Assembly (NCBI RefSeq): GCF_003918875.1
Contig: NW_025765772.1
Span: forward strand, 1 to 64,000
DNA: 64,000 nucleotides
Direction: 5' to 3'
DNA from: Haliotis rubra
Lineage: Eukaryota
Shown here one piece after another: positions 1-15,100 of this stretch (positions are counted from its first letter, which is position 1; each line of letters starts with the position of its first letter). The notes below the pieces were generated by a model. That model saw only the letters and a list, made by a program, of their open reading frames with translations. It had not been told where the DNA came from and did no database searches. The translations under genes were made by a program, and so were the position numbers.

Positions 1-129
1 CCCGCAGTTACGTATTACATGTTGCCAGGGCGTGCATTAGTTCAACCTGTCAGATGGTACAGCCGTCAATACCAGCAATTACCCACAACATGTACATCTC
101 CCCTATGATGTTGCTGCAATGTGTTGAAG

Positions 130-3100
130 GACCCTGATCTCTGATGACAAGCTGACGGTAGAGTGCCATGTACGGGTGTTGTGTCAGTTCGCGGCAGGAG
201 AAGGCGCCACATAACGAGGAACAGCTGGATAAAGTCCTGCCATCCTAGTATTGTACTGTGCAAATATGTCAGAAAAGTAAGTCTGATCATGATAGGGTAT
301 GAAATCATCTGTTTTTGTGTCTGCTCATAAACATCTCCTCTTGCCTTGGCTAACGTAATTTGCCTCAAGTCATTAGCTCAAATTCAGATATTTAGCCCCA
401 TGTCTGCAAGAAAGCATTCTCGCTTTGATTAATGTCACATTTTTCCAGTTTGTTTTTGTCAATGGCACTTATTTTGAGAATCATTGCTAAATCGCTGCCT
501 ATAGCTGGGCCTGGGTATTTTTTCTAGAGCTGTAGTTATGGAATGTAGAAGACCTGAGAACTCTGAATGTCATTCATTGCTTAGCATCTCACCTAATCTC
601 AGTGATGTCACTGCACAGGTGACCCAGCCTTGTAGGGTACCAAAGTTCACTGCAGAGTTACGTCCCTTTGGGACCATCAAGATCCAATAAATACAGGTCC
701 AGATCCAGGTTAGCCATGGTTATGTTTCAGGGTTTCAGCATCACACCTGTGTAAGATGGTTTTACAGAAGTGGTAAATGATACCTCTTTCAGGTTTTACT
801 CCAATATTTAGCTTTCACTCGCTGATATGACTGGAACCTCTGTTAAACTCACTCATTCACTCACTCCCTAATGTTTCTGCATGTCTCAGCAGGTTTCTGG
901 AGAAGCTGACAGGTCTTGGTGATGACTTTGACAGACAGCTGGAGCTCAATACATAGGACAGCAGATCCTCTCTCTTCAAGTACATGGACCTGTCAGATCA
1001 GGCTGGTCGGTAAGTCTCTCTCTTCAACTACTCGGACCCATCAGATCAGGCTGGTCGGTAAGTCTCTTCGAAAGTACTGACCCATCAGATCAGGCTGGTC
1101 GGTAAGTCTCTTCAATCAATTACTCGACCCATCAGATCAGGCTGGTCGGTAAGTCTCTTCGCTACTCGACCCATCAGATCAGGCTGGTCGGTAAGTCTCT
1201 CTTCAAGTACTCGACCCATCAGATCGGGCTGGTCGGGTAAGTCTCTTCTTCGAAAGTACTCGACCCATCAGATCGGGCTGGTCGGTAAGTCTCTCTTCAC
1301 TACTCGACCCATCAGATCAGGCTGGTCGGCACGCCTCTCTTCAATTACTCGACCCATCAGATCAGGCTGGTCGGTAAGTCTCTCTTCAACCACTACTCGA
1401 CCCATCAGATCAGGCTGGTCGGTAAGTCTCTCTTCAATTACTCGACCCATCAGATCAGGCTGGTCGAAGTCTCTCTTCAATTACTCGGGCCCATCAGATC
1501 AGGCTGGTTGGTAAGTCTCTCTTCAATTACTCGACCCATCAGATCAGGCTGGTCGGTAAGTCTCTCTTCAAGTACTCTCGACCCATCAGATCAGGCTGGT
1601 TGCTAAGTCTCTTCACTACACGGACCCATCAGATCAGGATGGTCGCTATGACTGTATTCACAGGGACCTATCACATCAGATCAGATCAGATCAGACCAGT
1701 CAGGAAGTGTCCGGCCTGCCAGTACAATCTGATTAGACTGCCTCCATGGTCCAGTGGAGAGAGCATTTGCCCAGAGAGTGAAATGTTGGTGTTTCACATT
1801 CCCAGCAGGGCAGTGTTACAACGATTAAAGGAATGAAACAATGATTTGTCAAACTGGAGTCAATATACTGTGTCTGGGTGCGATATTACCTGGCCTATAT
1901 CTATAGACCACAAACCCACTTAACAGCAAGGGATAACTGTACCTGTTCTGTTCACAGTTGTTGAACTTAGATTTACACTGAGCTCCTCTCACTTCAAACT
2001 AAATTGTCCGCTACGAAAGCATTTTTGGACCCTTAGAATGGTTACCCACCATTGAATTGCTTGTTAAAAGTGGCGACTAAATTGCATTACATGGTTAGGT
2101 CAGTGACTTGATCGATGGCATTGTACTGCGATAGATGGGTCTCTGTTCATAATATCAACCACTGGTTTTGTAATTCATGTTAGATTATTTACTATGAATA
2201 GAAACCACCATTGCATGGAAATATGCTTAAGGTTGCATTGATTGTTGTTTAACACCACACTCAGCAATATTCCAGCTATATGGTAGTGGTCTGTAAATAA
2301 TCGAGTCTGGACCAGACAATCCAGTGATCAACAGCATGAGCATCGTACTACGCAAATGGGATACGGTGACATGAGTCAACTAAGTCTGCAAGCTTGACCA
2401 CCCTGATCTTGTAAGTCGCCTCTTACAACAAGCATGGGTTACTGAAGACCAGTTCTAACCCGGATGTTCACAGGTCAAAGGTTGTATAAGTCAACAAGCG
2501 AACATGTAACATGATACTGTCTCTACACAAGTTACACTGACTCTGTTACAGGCGTGAACTGGAGAAGCTGCTCCACGACATGATGATCTGCGACCACGTG
2601 AGTCACGCCTTGATGAAGTACATCATTTCCACACTTCACCTGGTGAAGACAAACACAGACACGCTGGTGGCCTACCTGGCCGAGACCATCTCCGAAATAC
2701 GGGAGCCAATCACCATCGTGGAGAAAACACTGGACAAAGATGAGAGGCGGCAGTTGGACCTGAAGGTATTGTAGATGTTGTCAGGCCCATGATGAATTCT
2801 CAGGGAAATTGTCAGATAATGATTCTCAGTAGGGTTGGATCTGATGGTATTGTAGATGTTGTCAGGCCCATGATGAATTCTCAGGGAAATTGTCAGATAA
2901 TGATTCTCAGTAGGGTTGGATCTGATGGTATTGTAGATGTTGTCAGGCCCATTATGAATTCTCAGGGAAATTGTGAGAAAATGATTCTCAGTAGGGTTGG
3001 ATCTGATGGTATTGTTAATGTAAGTAATTCTGATCATACAACAGTCATGACTACAGGCTTCTTGTTTGTGCATATTTGTAAGGTTCAGTATCCTCAATGG

Positions 3101-6100
3101 TAAGAATTCAGATGTGCCTTGTGATGTTAAGTACTTGAGTAAAATTGAATGATAGAAATATACCCAAGCTGATTTTATCCATGTACTTTTTGACTGAACA
3201 TGCTAAATACAAAGATCCTGTTGCTTCTGCTATTAAAACTGAACCTTGTTCCTTGACTTGCAGATCGCCAGTATCCGGGTGCGACTGAACCAAGCTAAGG
3301 AAGAGCTGGAGGAATGTGTGAGATGTCAGGAGTTTTGCCTGCCAGCGGAGCTGAAGAGTTCTGTAGCTGAGCTGGATGCTGAGCATCCTTACTCCTGAAC
3401 AGGAGAGCCCCAATCACAGGAGATAATGCACAGAGAAGGTGGGCTGAAGGTTATTCAAGTATATATGTTGGAACAGTACTGTGGTTTGGGGTTTGACTTA
3501 AATGTCAGTTGACACAGGAGGTATAGATGCCTCGGAGGGATGGATTTAGGGCTATGAATTATTAAATTTAACCATGCTAATCAAGCAATTTCCTGATATC
3601 TTGCAGAGTGATCCCTTCACCATCCTGAAGTGCCTGACTGTTATCAGTGAACTGCTGACTCAGCTGCCCGGGTGAAGACACTCAACGCTCTACTCTGCAC
3701 ATGCTGCTGGAGAGCCAGGTAATACACAGTGAAGACACTGACACCTGCACATGTTGCTTGAGAGCCAGGTAATACACTGAAGACACTGACACCCGCACAT
3801 GTTGCTTGAGAGGCAGGTAATACACTGTGAAGACACTGACACTCCGCACATGTTGCTTGAGAGGCAGGTAATACACAGGAAGACACTGGCACCTGCACAT
3901 GTTGCTTGAGAGGCAGGTAATACACTGTGAAGACACTGACACCTACACATGTTGCTGGAGAGCCAGGTAATAAACAGTGAAGACACTGACACCTGCACAT
4001 GTTGCTGGAGAGCCGGTGTAATACACTGTGAAGACACTAACACCTGCACATGTTGCTGGAGAGCCAGGTAATAAACAGTGAAGACACTGACACCTGCACA
4101 TGCTGCTGGAGAGCCAGGTAATACACAGTGAAGACACTGGCACCTGCACATGTTGCTTGAGAGCCAGGTAATACACTGAAGACACTGGCACCTGCACATG
4201 TTGCTGGAGAGCCAGGTAATACACACAGTGAAGACACTGACACCTGCACATGTTGCTGGAGAGCCAGGTAATACACTGAAGACACTGGCACCTGCACATG
4301 CTGCTGGAGAGCCAGGTAATACACTGTGAAGACACTGACACCTGCACATGTTGCTGGAGAGCCAGGCAATACACAGTGAAGACACTGGCACCTGCACATG
4401 TTGCTGGAGAGCCAGGTAATACACTGAAGACACTGACACCTGCACATGTTGCTGGGAGAGCCAGGTAATACACAGTGAAGACACTGGCACCTGCACATGT
4501 TGCTGGAGAGCCAGGTAATACACTGAAGACACTGACACCTGCACATGTTGCTGGAGAGCCAGGTAATACACTGAAGACACTGACACCTGCACATGTTGCT
4601 GGAGAGCCAGGTAATACACTGTGAAGACACTGACACCTGCACATGTTGCTGGAGAGCCAGGTAATACACTGTGAAGACACTGACACCTGCACATGTTGCT
4701 GGAGAGCCAGGTAATACACAGTGAAGACACTGGCACCTGCACATGTTGCTGGAGAGCCAGGTAATACACTGAAGACACTGGCACCTGCACATGTTGCTGG
4801 AGAGCCAGGTAATACACTGTGAAGACACTGACACCTGCACATGTTGCTGGAGAGCCAGGTAATACACTGAAGACACTGGCACCTGCACATGTTGCTGGAG
4901 AGCCAGGTAATACACTGTGAAGACACTGACACCTGCACATGTTGCTGGAGAGCCAGGTAATACACTGTGAAGACACTGGCACCTGCACATGTTGCTGGAG
5001 AGCCAGGTAATACACTGTGAAGACACTGACACCTGCACATGTTGCTGGAGAGCCAGGTAATACACTGTGAAGACACTGGCACCTGCACATGTTGCTCGAG
5101 AGGCAGGTTAAGATGGTGAAGTCCCTGATACATGTACATGATACTGGAGACTTGTTTCCGAAGGTAGCAACTGCAATATGTCAGTTCTCATTCAGAGGAA
5201 TGCAACAGCAAAGTACACTTGTATTTTCTGAGTGTCCATTTTGTTCAGCTGGACTCTATGTCGCCCATCTGCCATGTTCATGTCTGTATGGATCACACGT
5301 TTGCAGGTGCTGCCTGGGGTACAGAATGCTGAATCTGACGTACGTAATGCTGCCATCAAGGCTCTGGGACTCAGCTGTCTACTCAAGGAAGAGGTGGTTA
5401 TGCAGTACCTGCCGCTGCTCATAGAGGTCAGCTGATGATCAGTCATCAAATATTTTTTTAGGCCCTTGAATGTGTCAGCCTGACCTTGAAAGGGCTTTAA
5501 TTCTTTAATCTCTCCCTCATTTTCGACATTCCTTAAAATAATAATGCTTATGACGTCTTTACCCTGAACAAAGTAACTTTAGACACATGAGATGTATACA
5601 TTGTCTGAGCACCGCTTGGTATTCAGCCATGTTTGTCTACAGAAGCAGTTTCGCATTGGAAAACCACTAATGGAACCTGTTGGGAACTTTGGCCAATGAT
5701 TTATTGATCAAACAGACATTGAATCAAATTTTGAAGATTAATAGTAGTAAACTGATCGTGTGTGTATACCATGCACATCATAACACTAGTAATTACATGG
5801 TGAATGATCATAACTTGATGATATTAAAACGCTACCATCAGGTGTCCCAACATGACACGGAGACGGTGAAGACCACGGCTCTCCAATGCTTGTTTGACCT
5901 GGTCCACATGTTCGGACTGGGCATCACACGACAGGAAGCTTCGACAGCAGCTGAGGGGAGCAACACCAGCTCCAGTTCCGACACAGCAGAGGTTACTGCA
6001 GATTCCCCAGATGACACTCTGGCCGATGCCGTTACCACCAGCTCAAAGAAATCTGATGCTTCTGCAGACATTGCTACCAAGCTGGTGGCCATTCTCAGTG

Positions 6101-9100
6101 CCTTCCTTGATTCAGAGGTAATGGGTGAGTGAGTATGGTTTTACGCCGCTTTTAGCAATATTCCAGCAATATCACGGCGGGAGAAACCAGAAATGAGCTT
6201 CACACATTGTACCCATGTGGTGAATCAAACCCAAGTCTGCAGCATGACAAGCAGACACTTTAACCATTAGGCTACCCCACCGCCCCCTCAGAGGTAACAA
6301 CTAGAGGTGAGGTGAAATTGGGTTTTATGTCGTGCTTGAGAATATTTCGCTTATATGACGACGTGCATGCGTGTGTATATGTATGCGCGGATGCTTGTAC
6401 TAGCCCAGACTGAAGCTGGTTTTATAGTGCTAGCCCACTGAGATACCATGCCGCAGTGAAGAATGAATACCCCACTCAGACACATTATATTGACTCCGAG
6501 CCGACCAGTCCTTGTTGTACCCATTAATGCCTAGTGCCAGACAGGGACCAACAAGTACCATATTTAAACGTCTTTTGGTATGACGCGGTCGGGGATCGAA
6601 CCCGCGACCTTCCGCTCTCCGGGCGGACGCTCTATCCACAACACCACGGAGGCGTCCTGAACAACTAGAGTAGAGATACTTGTTACCATGGACGACACAC
6701 AGGGCCCACCCGAGTCATTCATAGTACCAGTTAATCTATCATTCAATGTCAGAGTATGTATAGTAATATGAAAGAATTAGGTGGTCCCCAACTTCATAAG
6801 AGTTTCATAGTTTTCAGCTTGAATATTTTTCATAATAGCTGTTTCACCTGGTCAGTTGATCCTCAACACCTTATTCAAACATTTCCTTTTGCTACCAATC
6901 TGTTCAATGACAGTATTTTCAGCAAAATGCAGGTCTTTTAACCATGACATCAAAAGACAACCAAACTCACTGTTCTTTCGTAATATTTCATGGCCAAATA
7001 GGTCCCCATTTTAAACCCATCTCCACCTCTACCCTTTATTCCATGTGTTGAAACCAGAGAAATTATTAACAAGACACTTGAACCTTGTGGTCACAGAGTT
7101 CAGAGTTGAGGACCGTTGCTGCTGAGGGTATGGCCAAGTTGCTGCTGTCTGGCAGAGTGGTATCTTCCAAACTCCTGTCTCACCTCCTATTGTTGTGGTA
7201 TAACCCACTGACAGAAGATGACAACCACCTCAGGCACTGTCTCGGAGCCTTCTTGCCAGTGTTTGCCTTCGCTTGCAGGTCAGTGGATGATGCATGTGTA
7301 GTTTACATTGTCAATAAATGTTAGGTGTTTGTGCTATTTTTTAATGTTACTCAGTATTTGTCACTCTTATGGATCTGAATGAACATGAAGTTCTTGAAAG
7401 GCATTTAGAAGTTGAGCAAACATGAATACATGACACTTTTCATGGATAACAACTTCTTTTTATTCTATTAATATACGACATTTCAGAGCTAATTCTTGCT
7501 CCTTCATTAGGTGAAAACACATGTTCATCAACATTGGAAAACCAACACTATTGAAGCCGCTATAAAGCAGCAACAGTGTTTGGAATTTGTTAGGATTGTA
7601 ATCCATAATTTGCAGATTCAGAGCTTGTTGCCTAAATATCCTTCAATAAAAGCAATACCCTGGTTGAATTTTAAAATTATACAGGATATTTTCCTATATT
7701 CTCCAAAGCACACCCATCTTGACACTAGTAAAAGCTTTAGTGTTTTCATGCATGTTAACTTTATTACTAGTGTGTTTTCCACAAAATCTTAACATTAAAC
7801 TGATATGATTGGTCAGTTATTGATGTCATGGATACTTCTGATGGCAAATAAGATTAATCCAACATCACTTACATCAATCATCTTCTATTATTCTTTCCCC
7901 TCACACCAGGGCTAACCAGGAGTTGTTTGAGGAGGCGTTCATGCCTACACTGAACACCCTGCTGAATGCCCCAACATCCAGCCCCCTCAACGAGGTCAAC
8001 GTAGGCAACGTGGGAGACTTCCTGGTCCAGCTTGTCAACTCCAAACTCCTGGTGGTCAACCAGAACTCACAGAGTCTGGTCACTGTAAGTCCAAAATTGT
8101 TGAGAGAACACCATTCCTGTGGGGATTAACCAGAATTCAGTCTGATCGCTGTAAGTCTCATGTTATGGCAGAGTAGCCCAAGGATTGAAGTGTTGTTAAT
8201 GAAGAAGAAGGTTTTTGACTATGGTTGAGACTGCAGAATACAACTGATATCCCTAACTTGTCATATACTGGTACTAACTTTTGAAAATTAGTCAGACAGT
8301 GTTTGAAATGTGTTTGTATATAAGAATTAAAATCAAATGTTTTACTCATCATACAATACTTCTCTGATTCAGGATCTGGAGACAACTCCTCAGTAGGTAG
8401 CATCATGTTAACTTGAGGGAGCTCTGACTGCCAGATCTAAATAGAGGATTTGGGGTTTTTCAACCAATCAGATGTCAGCTTTCTCACTATTTGGATTCAC
8501 TTTTAACTGCTTGATTCATCAATTTCCTTTTTAGCTCTAAAAACACCATACCACAGAACATAAAAATACCCTAGGCATGTCATCATTTTGAGTATAGATG
8601 CAAGGATGTTCAGATTTATGTTATATATGTTCAAAATACATGACTATGTTAATTTCAAGATGCTTGATTCAATGTTTGGCTCACTCTAATAGTAAAGTTT
8701 AAAGCCGTGATATTGAATAGAAAGTTCACCTACTTGAAGGAACTGTCCTCTTGATGCAAATAAGTACAGGTAGTTCAGCTTGACCTGAGCTACTCTTACA
8801 TATATGCATGACCTGGGAGGTCAAATGGCACAAACGGCAGGTTGAGTTAACTTCATTAAACAGGGAGCAGTGAATGTTGTTCTTGTTCTATTAGGCCTAG
8901 GGTTGTACTGGAAACACCAGTTGCTGCTGCTGCTCACTGCCTGAATCGGATATATTAAACCATCAGTAGCTTCATTTTTAAAGTTAAGACATTGTTAGGA
9001 CATTGCTGGCAATTTCTCAACACTGAGATTTCAAACAGCGATCTGTCTCGGCTGTTGGGACATGTTGACAATCAACTGACAAAGGTGTGCCCCTTCACAA

Positions 9101-12100
9101 TAATATACTCAACCAGTTGTGATACAGTCAACGCTAATGCATTAGTATTCACTTGATCAGGTCAAGCTGAATAAGCTGTAACATGTCTGATCTGATTTTG
9201 GAGAGATTGAGGAAGGAAGATATGTAATGCTCCCCTGTCCACAGAGCTCCACTTATGTGATTAGAACAGATGTGATCAGTGGAATCCCACATGGGTACAA
9301 TGTGTGAAGCCCATTTCTGGTGTCCCCCTTACAGATGTTGCTTGAATATTGCTAAAAGCTGATTAAAACCATACTCAGTCAGTCAGTCAGTCTGGGTTAT
9401 TTCTTGGGTGTCCCCATCATGATATTGCTGGAATATTGCTAAAGCGGCGTAAAACTAAACTCAAGCACTCACTTGCCAAGATGTGTATCTAGTGTTGGGT
9501 TAAAATCCCGTCTTTGAGCCAATCACAACCCTTACAGAGTTACTTCCCTTAACACCAGAAACACTTGATTAAGGTCCTGGGCCCCGTTTCACAAAGCTCT
9601 TGTAGTGTTACGACTATCTATGTCAATGTTACAGTACAGGAAGTACGAATGCTACCAGAGAGCTTTGTGAAACGGGGTGCTGAATCATCCTGCTTCACCC
9701 TGGTCATGATTCTGGGTTAATTCTCTCGTATCCATGCTCATAGGCTTCACTAAGGTGATAAAGCCTTCCTCAGACATCAAACTAACTCATAGCGATAATT
9801 ATATTACAGAAATACTGTTCAAAACAAGCGGCCTTAAACATAGCCATCTAACTGTTTGGATTGTTCAACCAAAAATGCCCTTGCAATTTTGTCAAGTTTT
9901 GGGTGGCAAATTTTGAAAAACAGCCTGCAGCAGGTTCTTGCAATCCACTGTTGCCAAGGCAATGTCAAACCAAGCTCAGCATTGTCTCTCACTCAGATAA
10001 TACTTCGGTTGTTGAAAGAGATGATATATTTCTTGCACTGTTTTGTCGCAGGACAACCCAGGACATGACCACATAGCTGTGCTAGTGTGTAACGAGATCC
10101 TGTCCAGCCCTGACTCCTTCAGCGTCAAGCTGTGGACACGCCTCCTGAACCAGCTGGACCTGAGCCCCGACACACAACTGAAGGACATGCAGGTGCTCTG
10201 TGACCAGATGCTGGAGGTATGCAGAACTTAACAGTACCTCAATCACATGTCGTACCTTGCAAAACAAGGAAATAGGCATTTCTGGGTTTTTTAGGAAATA
10301 AATGAAGATTGACATTACTTTGTGCTTTTCCCAACATCAAGATAAGCCACTACTTGACTGATTTGTTATTCAAAGCGGTATTGANNNNNNNNNNNNNNNN
10401 NNNNNNNNNNNNNNNNNNNNNNNNNNNNNNNNNNNNNNNNNNNNNNNNNNNNNNNNNNNNNNNNNNNNNNNNNNNNNNNNNNNNNNNNNNNNNNNNNNNN
10501 NNNNNNNNNNNNNNNNNNNNNNNNNTTGTGGTTAAAGCGTTCGCACGCCACGCCGAATACCCAGGTTCGATTCCCCACATGGGTACAATGTGTGAAGCCC
10601 ATTTATGGTGTCCCCGCCGTGATATTGCTGGAATATTGCTAAAAGCGGCGTAAAACTAAACTCACTCACTCACTCACTCACTCACTCACTCAATCCATAA
10701 TAGTGGTCATGGCATATTCTTAGTACATGGTTCTATGGTCTTTTATCCTGATTTGGGGTGGTAGGGTAGCCTAGTGGATAAGGCGTCCACTCGTCACGCC
10801 AGAGACCCGGGTACGATTTCCCACATGGGCACAATGTGTGGAACCCATTTCTGGTGTGCTGGAATATTGCTGAAAGCAGCTATGAACTAAACTCACTCAC
10901 TCACTCACTTGTACCCACACCTTCAGTTGCCAGGTGCCTGAGTAAGTGACAGTGACCAGTGACACACTGTACGTCAATTTCATGAACCTATTACAAGGCA
11001 CCTGAAACATAGCATTGATTGATTCAGTTGACAATGTTTCTCTGCAGGTTGTGAAAGAAAAGCAGAGTGTCAAGGCTGTGGAGAGGTTCAAGGCCTCTGT
11101 TGACTCCATGCTGGCAGACAAGACCAGCATCACCAATGCTGATGCTGCGCCAACATCTGAAGAAGCAGAGGGCGGTGAGGACACTGCGGTTGACGCCAGC
11201 AGTGCTGTGACTGAATCACAAGGACCCCTCTCATCTTCACAGACCAGCACTGTTCCGGACTCCCAAGACACTGTCGCTACTAGTGTGGACATCACCAGTG
11301 TGGTGTCCGACTCCCAGAGCTCTGATATAGCTATAAGTGTTGTTGACACTCTGTCAGACTCACAGAGCACTCAGGTGGAGAGTTCCAGCCAAAGGGAGGC
11401 AACTGGAACTGTTACACTTGCTCTAAACACTACAATAGAAAACACGGCTGCATCTACGAAGAATGTGAAAGTCAAGCGAACAACAAGAGGTAGGGTGTGA
11501 AGGATGTTGTTACTGCAGTTGTTAAAGGGTTGTTTAACATATTCTATGTGTTGTCACAACAGGTTGTGGTATATTGTTACAGTTGTTGTAGTTGAAGGTT
11601 GTTAACATATTCTATGTGTTGTCACAACAGGTTGTGGTATATTGTTACAGTTGTTGTAGTTGAAGGTTGTTAACATATTCTATGTGTTGTCACAACAGGT
11701 TGTGGTATATTGTTACAGTTGTAGTTGAAGGTTGTTTAACATATTCTATGTGTTGTCACAACAGGTTGTGGTATATTGTTACAGTTGTTGTAGTTGAAGG
11801 TTGTTTAACATATTCTATGTGTTGTCACAACAGGTTGTGGTATATTGTTACAGTTGTTGTAGTTGAAGGTTGTTTAACCTTCATTTTGAAGAGGGGCGGT
11901 GGGGTAGCCTAATGGTTAAAGCGTTGGCTCGCCACGCCAAAGACCCGGGTTCGAATGCCCACATGGGTACAATGTGTGAAGCCCGCCGTGATGTTGCTGG
12001 AATATTGCTAAAAGCGGCGTAAAACCAAACTCAGTCAGTCAGTCAGTCAGTCAGTCATTTTGAAGACATGTTATAGGAAGTTGTTACAACAGATGTGGTG

Positions 12101-15100
12101 GTGTATTGTTGCAACAAATGTTGTAGGGAAGGTCAATAACTAAAATATTCTTCTGTTTCTCCCACAAGATGGTGGCACATACAGTTACAGTGACTGTTTT
12201 AATTGAATGCCAGCTGTTGAAAGCTTCAAAATTTCCCTGTCCTAAATGTATTGAACTCATGTTTGTTTTTTTAACAAACTTTGTAACATATGTTCTGTAC
12301 ACGTAGACGAGGCCAGGATTGCTAACCTGGTTGACACGTCATTGTATCCCAACTGCACAGATTGATACTGATGCTGTTGATCACTGGATTGTCTGGTCCA
12401 GACTCGACTATTTACAGACCGCTGCCATATAGCTGGAATATTGCTGAGTGCTTCATTAAACAAAATAAACATCATACACAGAGGAGGATTCAGTATAAGT
12501 GATCACATGGTGAACATTCAACTAATTCTTGTTTGTAGCCAAGTCAGTGAAAACGACCGCCCCAATCCTGATGCCACAGGCCAACAAGACAGCCAAGTCA
12601 ACAACAGGCCGACGCACACGGACACAAGCTCAAGCAGACAGGTAACAGAAATCCTTGTTCAGCTCTCCATCATACTTTATCATTTCCTTATTTTCAACCT
12701 GTGGTGTGATTCCCCACATGGGCACAATGTGTGAAGCCATTTCTGGTGTCCCCCAGGAGATGATTGCTTGAGTATTGCTAAAAAGCGTAAAACTGAACTC
12801 AGTCAGTCAGTCAGTCAGTCAGTCAGTCAACCTGTTGTGAGACATTTACTGTGGTATTAACATGCTGCAGGTGTATGGGAGATGAAGGGTTTATGATAAA
12901 ATGGTCAGGTCTCCTGATTTGAATGTACAGATAATAATGATGATAAGGGTGGATACAATGTACGATACATGTGTCTGTATTGCGTTATATATTGGGACAT
13001 ACAGTTGCAGTCATCGTGGGTCAGAGTTAATCACTCTTTAGTTCTATTTCATTGTATGATTGTGTCCTATGTCCTAAAGTTTATGTACCTGTGAGGATTC
13101 AGGTAGAAACATAGGCCGCAATAAATTTGGCTAAGCTGATTGCATATCATCTCTCTCAGATGTGTGGATTGATGTGAATGATGTCAATCACTTGATTGTC
13201 TGGCCAAGGCTCTGTTTACAGACTACCACCACACAGCTGTTTCATCATCAACTTTTCTCTTTCAGCGAGCTAGAGAACAGTGTGTTTGGCTCTCCAACCC
13301 CACTCCGTGGCAGCAAGGCTAATGTTAAACAGGTTGAATCACTGGAGCACACGAGGCGAAATCTACAGGGTCTTCTACTGGAAGGAAAAGACAGTTCCCA
13401 GTCTGTAACTGAAGAACCCAAAACTCCTCGCAGTAAACGGTATTAAACTTTCACCTTCCAAGTCAACCGGGTCCAGCAGTACTGTCGGTAAAGAGTTTAT
13501 ATTTGTCAAAGTAGACAGGTCTTGGATCGGAGTAGCTGCTTGGCTGTATGCTTGAAAACAATATGTACTTGAACCCCTGCTCAATACTGCAGGAATTACG
13601 CTTGTAGTAAGTCTACAGTGTTGCACCAAGGCACTGGGATCTTCTAGAGTCTGGAGAACGGCTTATAGAGTAAGGGGGAAGGCTTAAGTGTACATGATAA
13701 GAGTTGAAAAAATAATGTTGCAAACAGTCTGACGAAAATTAATTCCTATGAATGTTTTTGTAGGATATTCTTATGGTTGGATAAAATATCAGGTGAACTG
13801 GAGAATACTTTGTAAGCATGAAAAATTATTATCACGCTTTATCAGAGTTAGTTTGGCATTGAACATATTGACACATAATCAGGATAATGATTCCCGTGTT
13901 TAGATTAAGTGATGTGTGGTCGTGTGCATAGAGCTCAGGTCACAAATCAGTTGAAGATAAGATAAGTTGGTCGCGGAGTGTTCTTGGATGGGTGACCGTG
14001 TTTGGCAGCTTGAATCCTGAGAGTTTCTAGGACCTCAGTCCTGCCCCACAACAATGCACATGTGATACATGTGGTCTCACCTTAGGCAAGTGAGTTTGTT
14101 CAAAATTGCCTCTGTTCACCCAGCAGAAAATGGGTACCCGGTTGGATAAAGTCATGTGACTATAACCTTTTGGCACCTAACAGGCAGCTTGGGTTATCCG
14201 GGGTAATTATTACAGCACTTCAGAGCCTTGCTACTTTGGAAATAAGCAGTGTACAAATGAATAACATCATTAACATTGTTAGAATGTCCACCCCACAGTC
14301 TAACTGCCTTGGTGCATCACCCACTCTACAGTACCTATACCATTGATAATGTAGTGGAGCTGTGATCTCCAAGATCCAACCCATACATTCAATATATATT
14401 CCATATATATGATATACACTGCTGTAGATTCCTTAGACCCAATAATGTATTGCATGCTATATTTCCTCTGATTGTTTCCCTTCACTGAGGACCATGTGCT
14501 TGGGCCAAGTTCTCTAAATAGTATACCCGTGAAGGTCCGGGTTAGAATATTGATCTTCAGTAACCCATGCTTGTCGTAAGAGGCGACTAACGGGATCGGG
14601 TGGACAGCCTCGCTGACTTGGTTGACACATGTCATCGGTTCCCAATTGTGAAGATCAATGGCCATGCTGTTGATCACTGGATTGTCTGGTCCAGACACGA
14701 TTATTTACAGACCGCCGCCATATAGCTTGAACATTGCGGAGTGCGGTGTAAAACTAAACTCACTCACTAACTCTAAGTAGTATGTGATGGTCTTTGTTTG
14801 TTTGTTTGTTTGCTTGTTTACTTCCACACTCGTCAGTACTCCATCAGTGTGGTGGCTGCCTGTAAACGATCAAGTCTGGCCCAGTAAGTCCAGGGGTTGA
14901 TATTGTGAGCATTGATCCAGGATGTCAGTGTAACAAGCGATCCAAGGTGATCATAACTCCCATAACATAGACTTACAACAGTTGTAGCTTAAAGGTTACC
15001 ATCTCCAGTACATGTCAGATGACATATGTCTCCTGGATGCTTCTTAAAGTTCTCACTGTGAACTGACTCACACTTGCCATGCAGACATTATAACACCTTT

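Noticed and set aside
1268-1480. Neuropeptide-precursor-like ORF (repeated DQPDLMGR with basic sites)
   Set aside because: It is the antisense reading of the exon-end minisatellite; there is no signal peptide and the unit derives from the NCAPG junction.
130-3718. NCAPG as a pseudogene because of frameshifts
   Set aside because: Indels cluster in the first ~4 kb while later exons are clean and the gene is essential; low consensus quality is more likely.
3644-5139. Long Cys-rich ORFs (342-466 aa) on the minus strand
   Set aside because: They are translations of the intronic minisatellite, open in all three frames and antisense to NCAPG.
10527-10690. tRNA genes
   Set aside because: The tRNA-like heads continue into SINE bodies and microsatellite tails and occur in many diverged copies.
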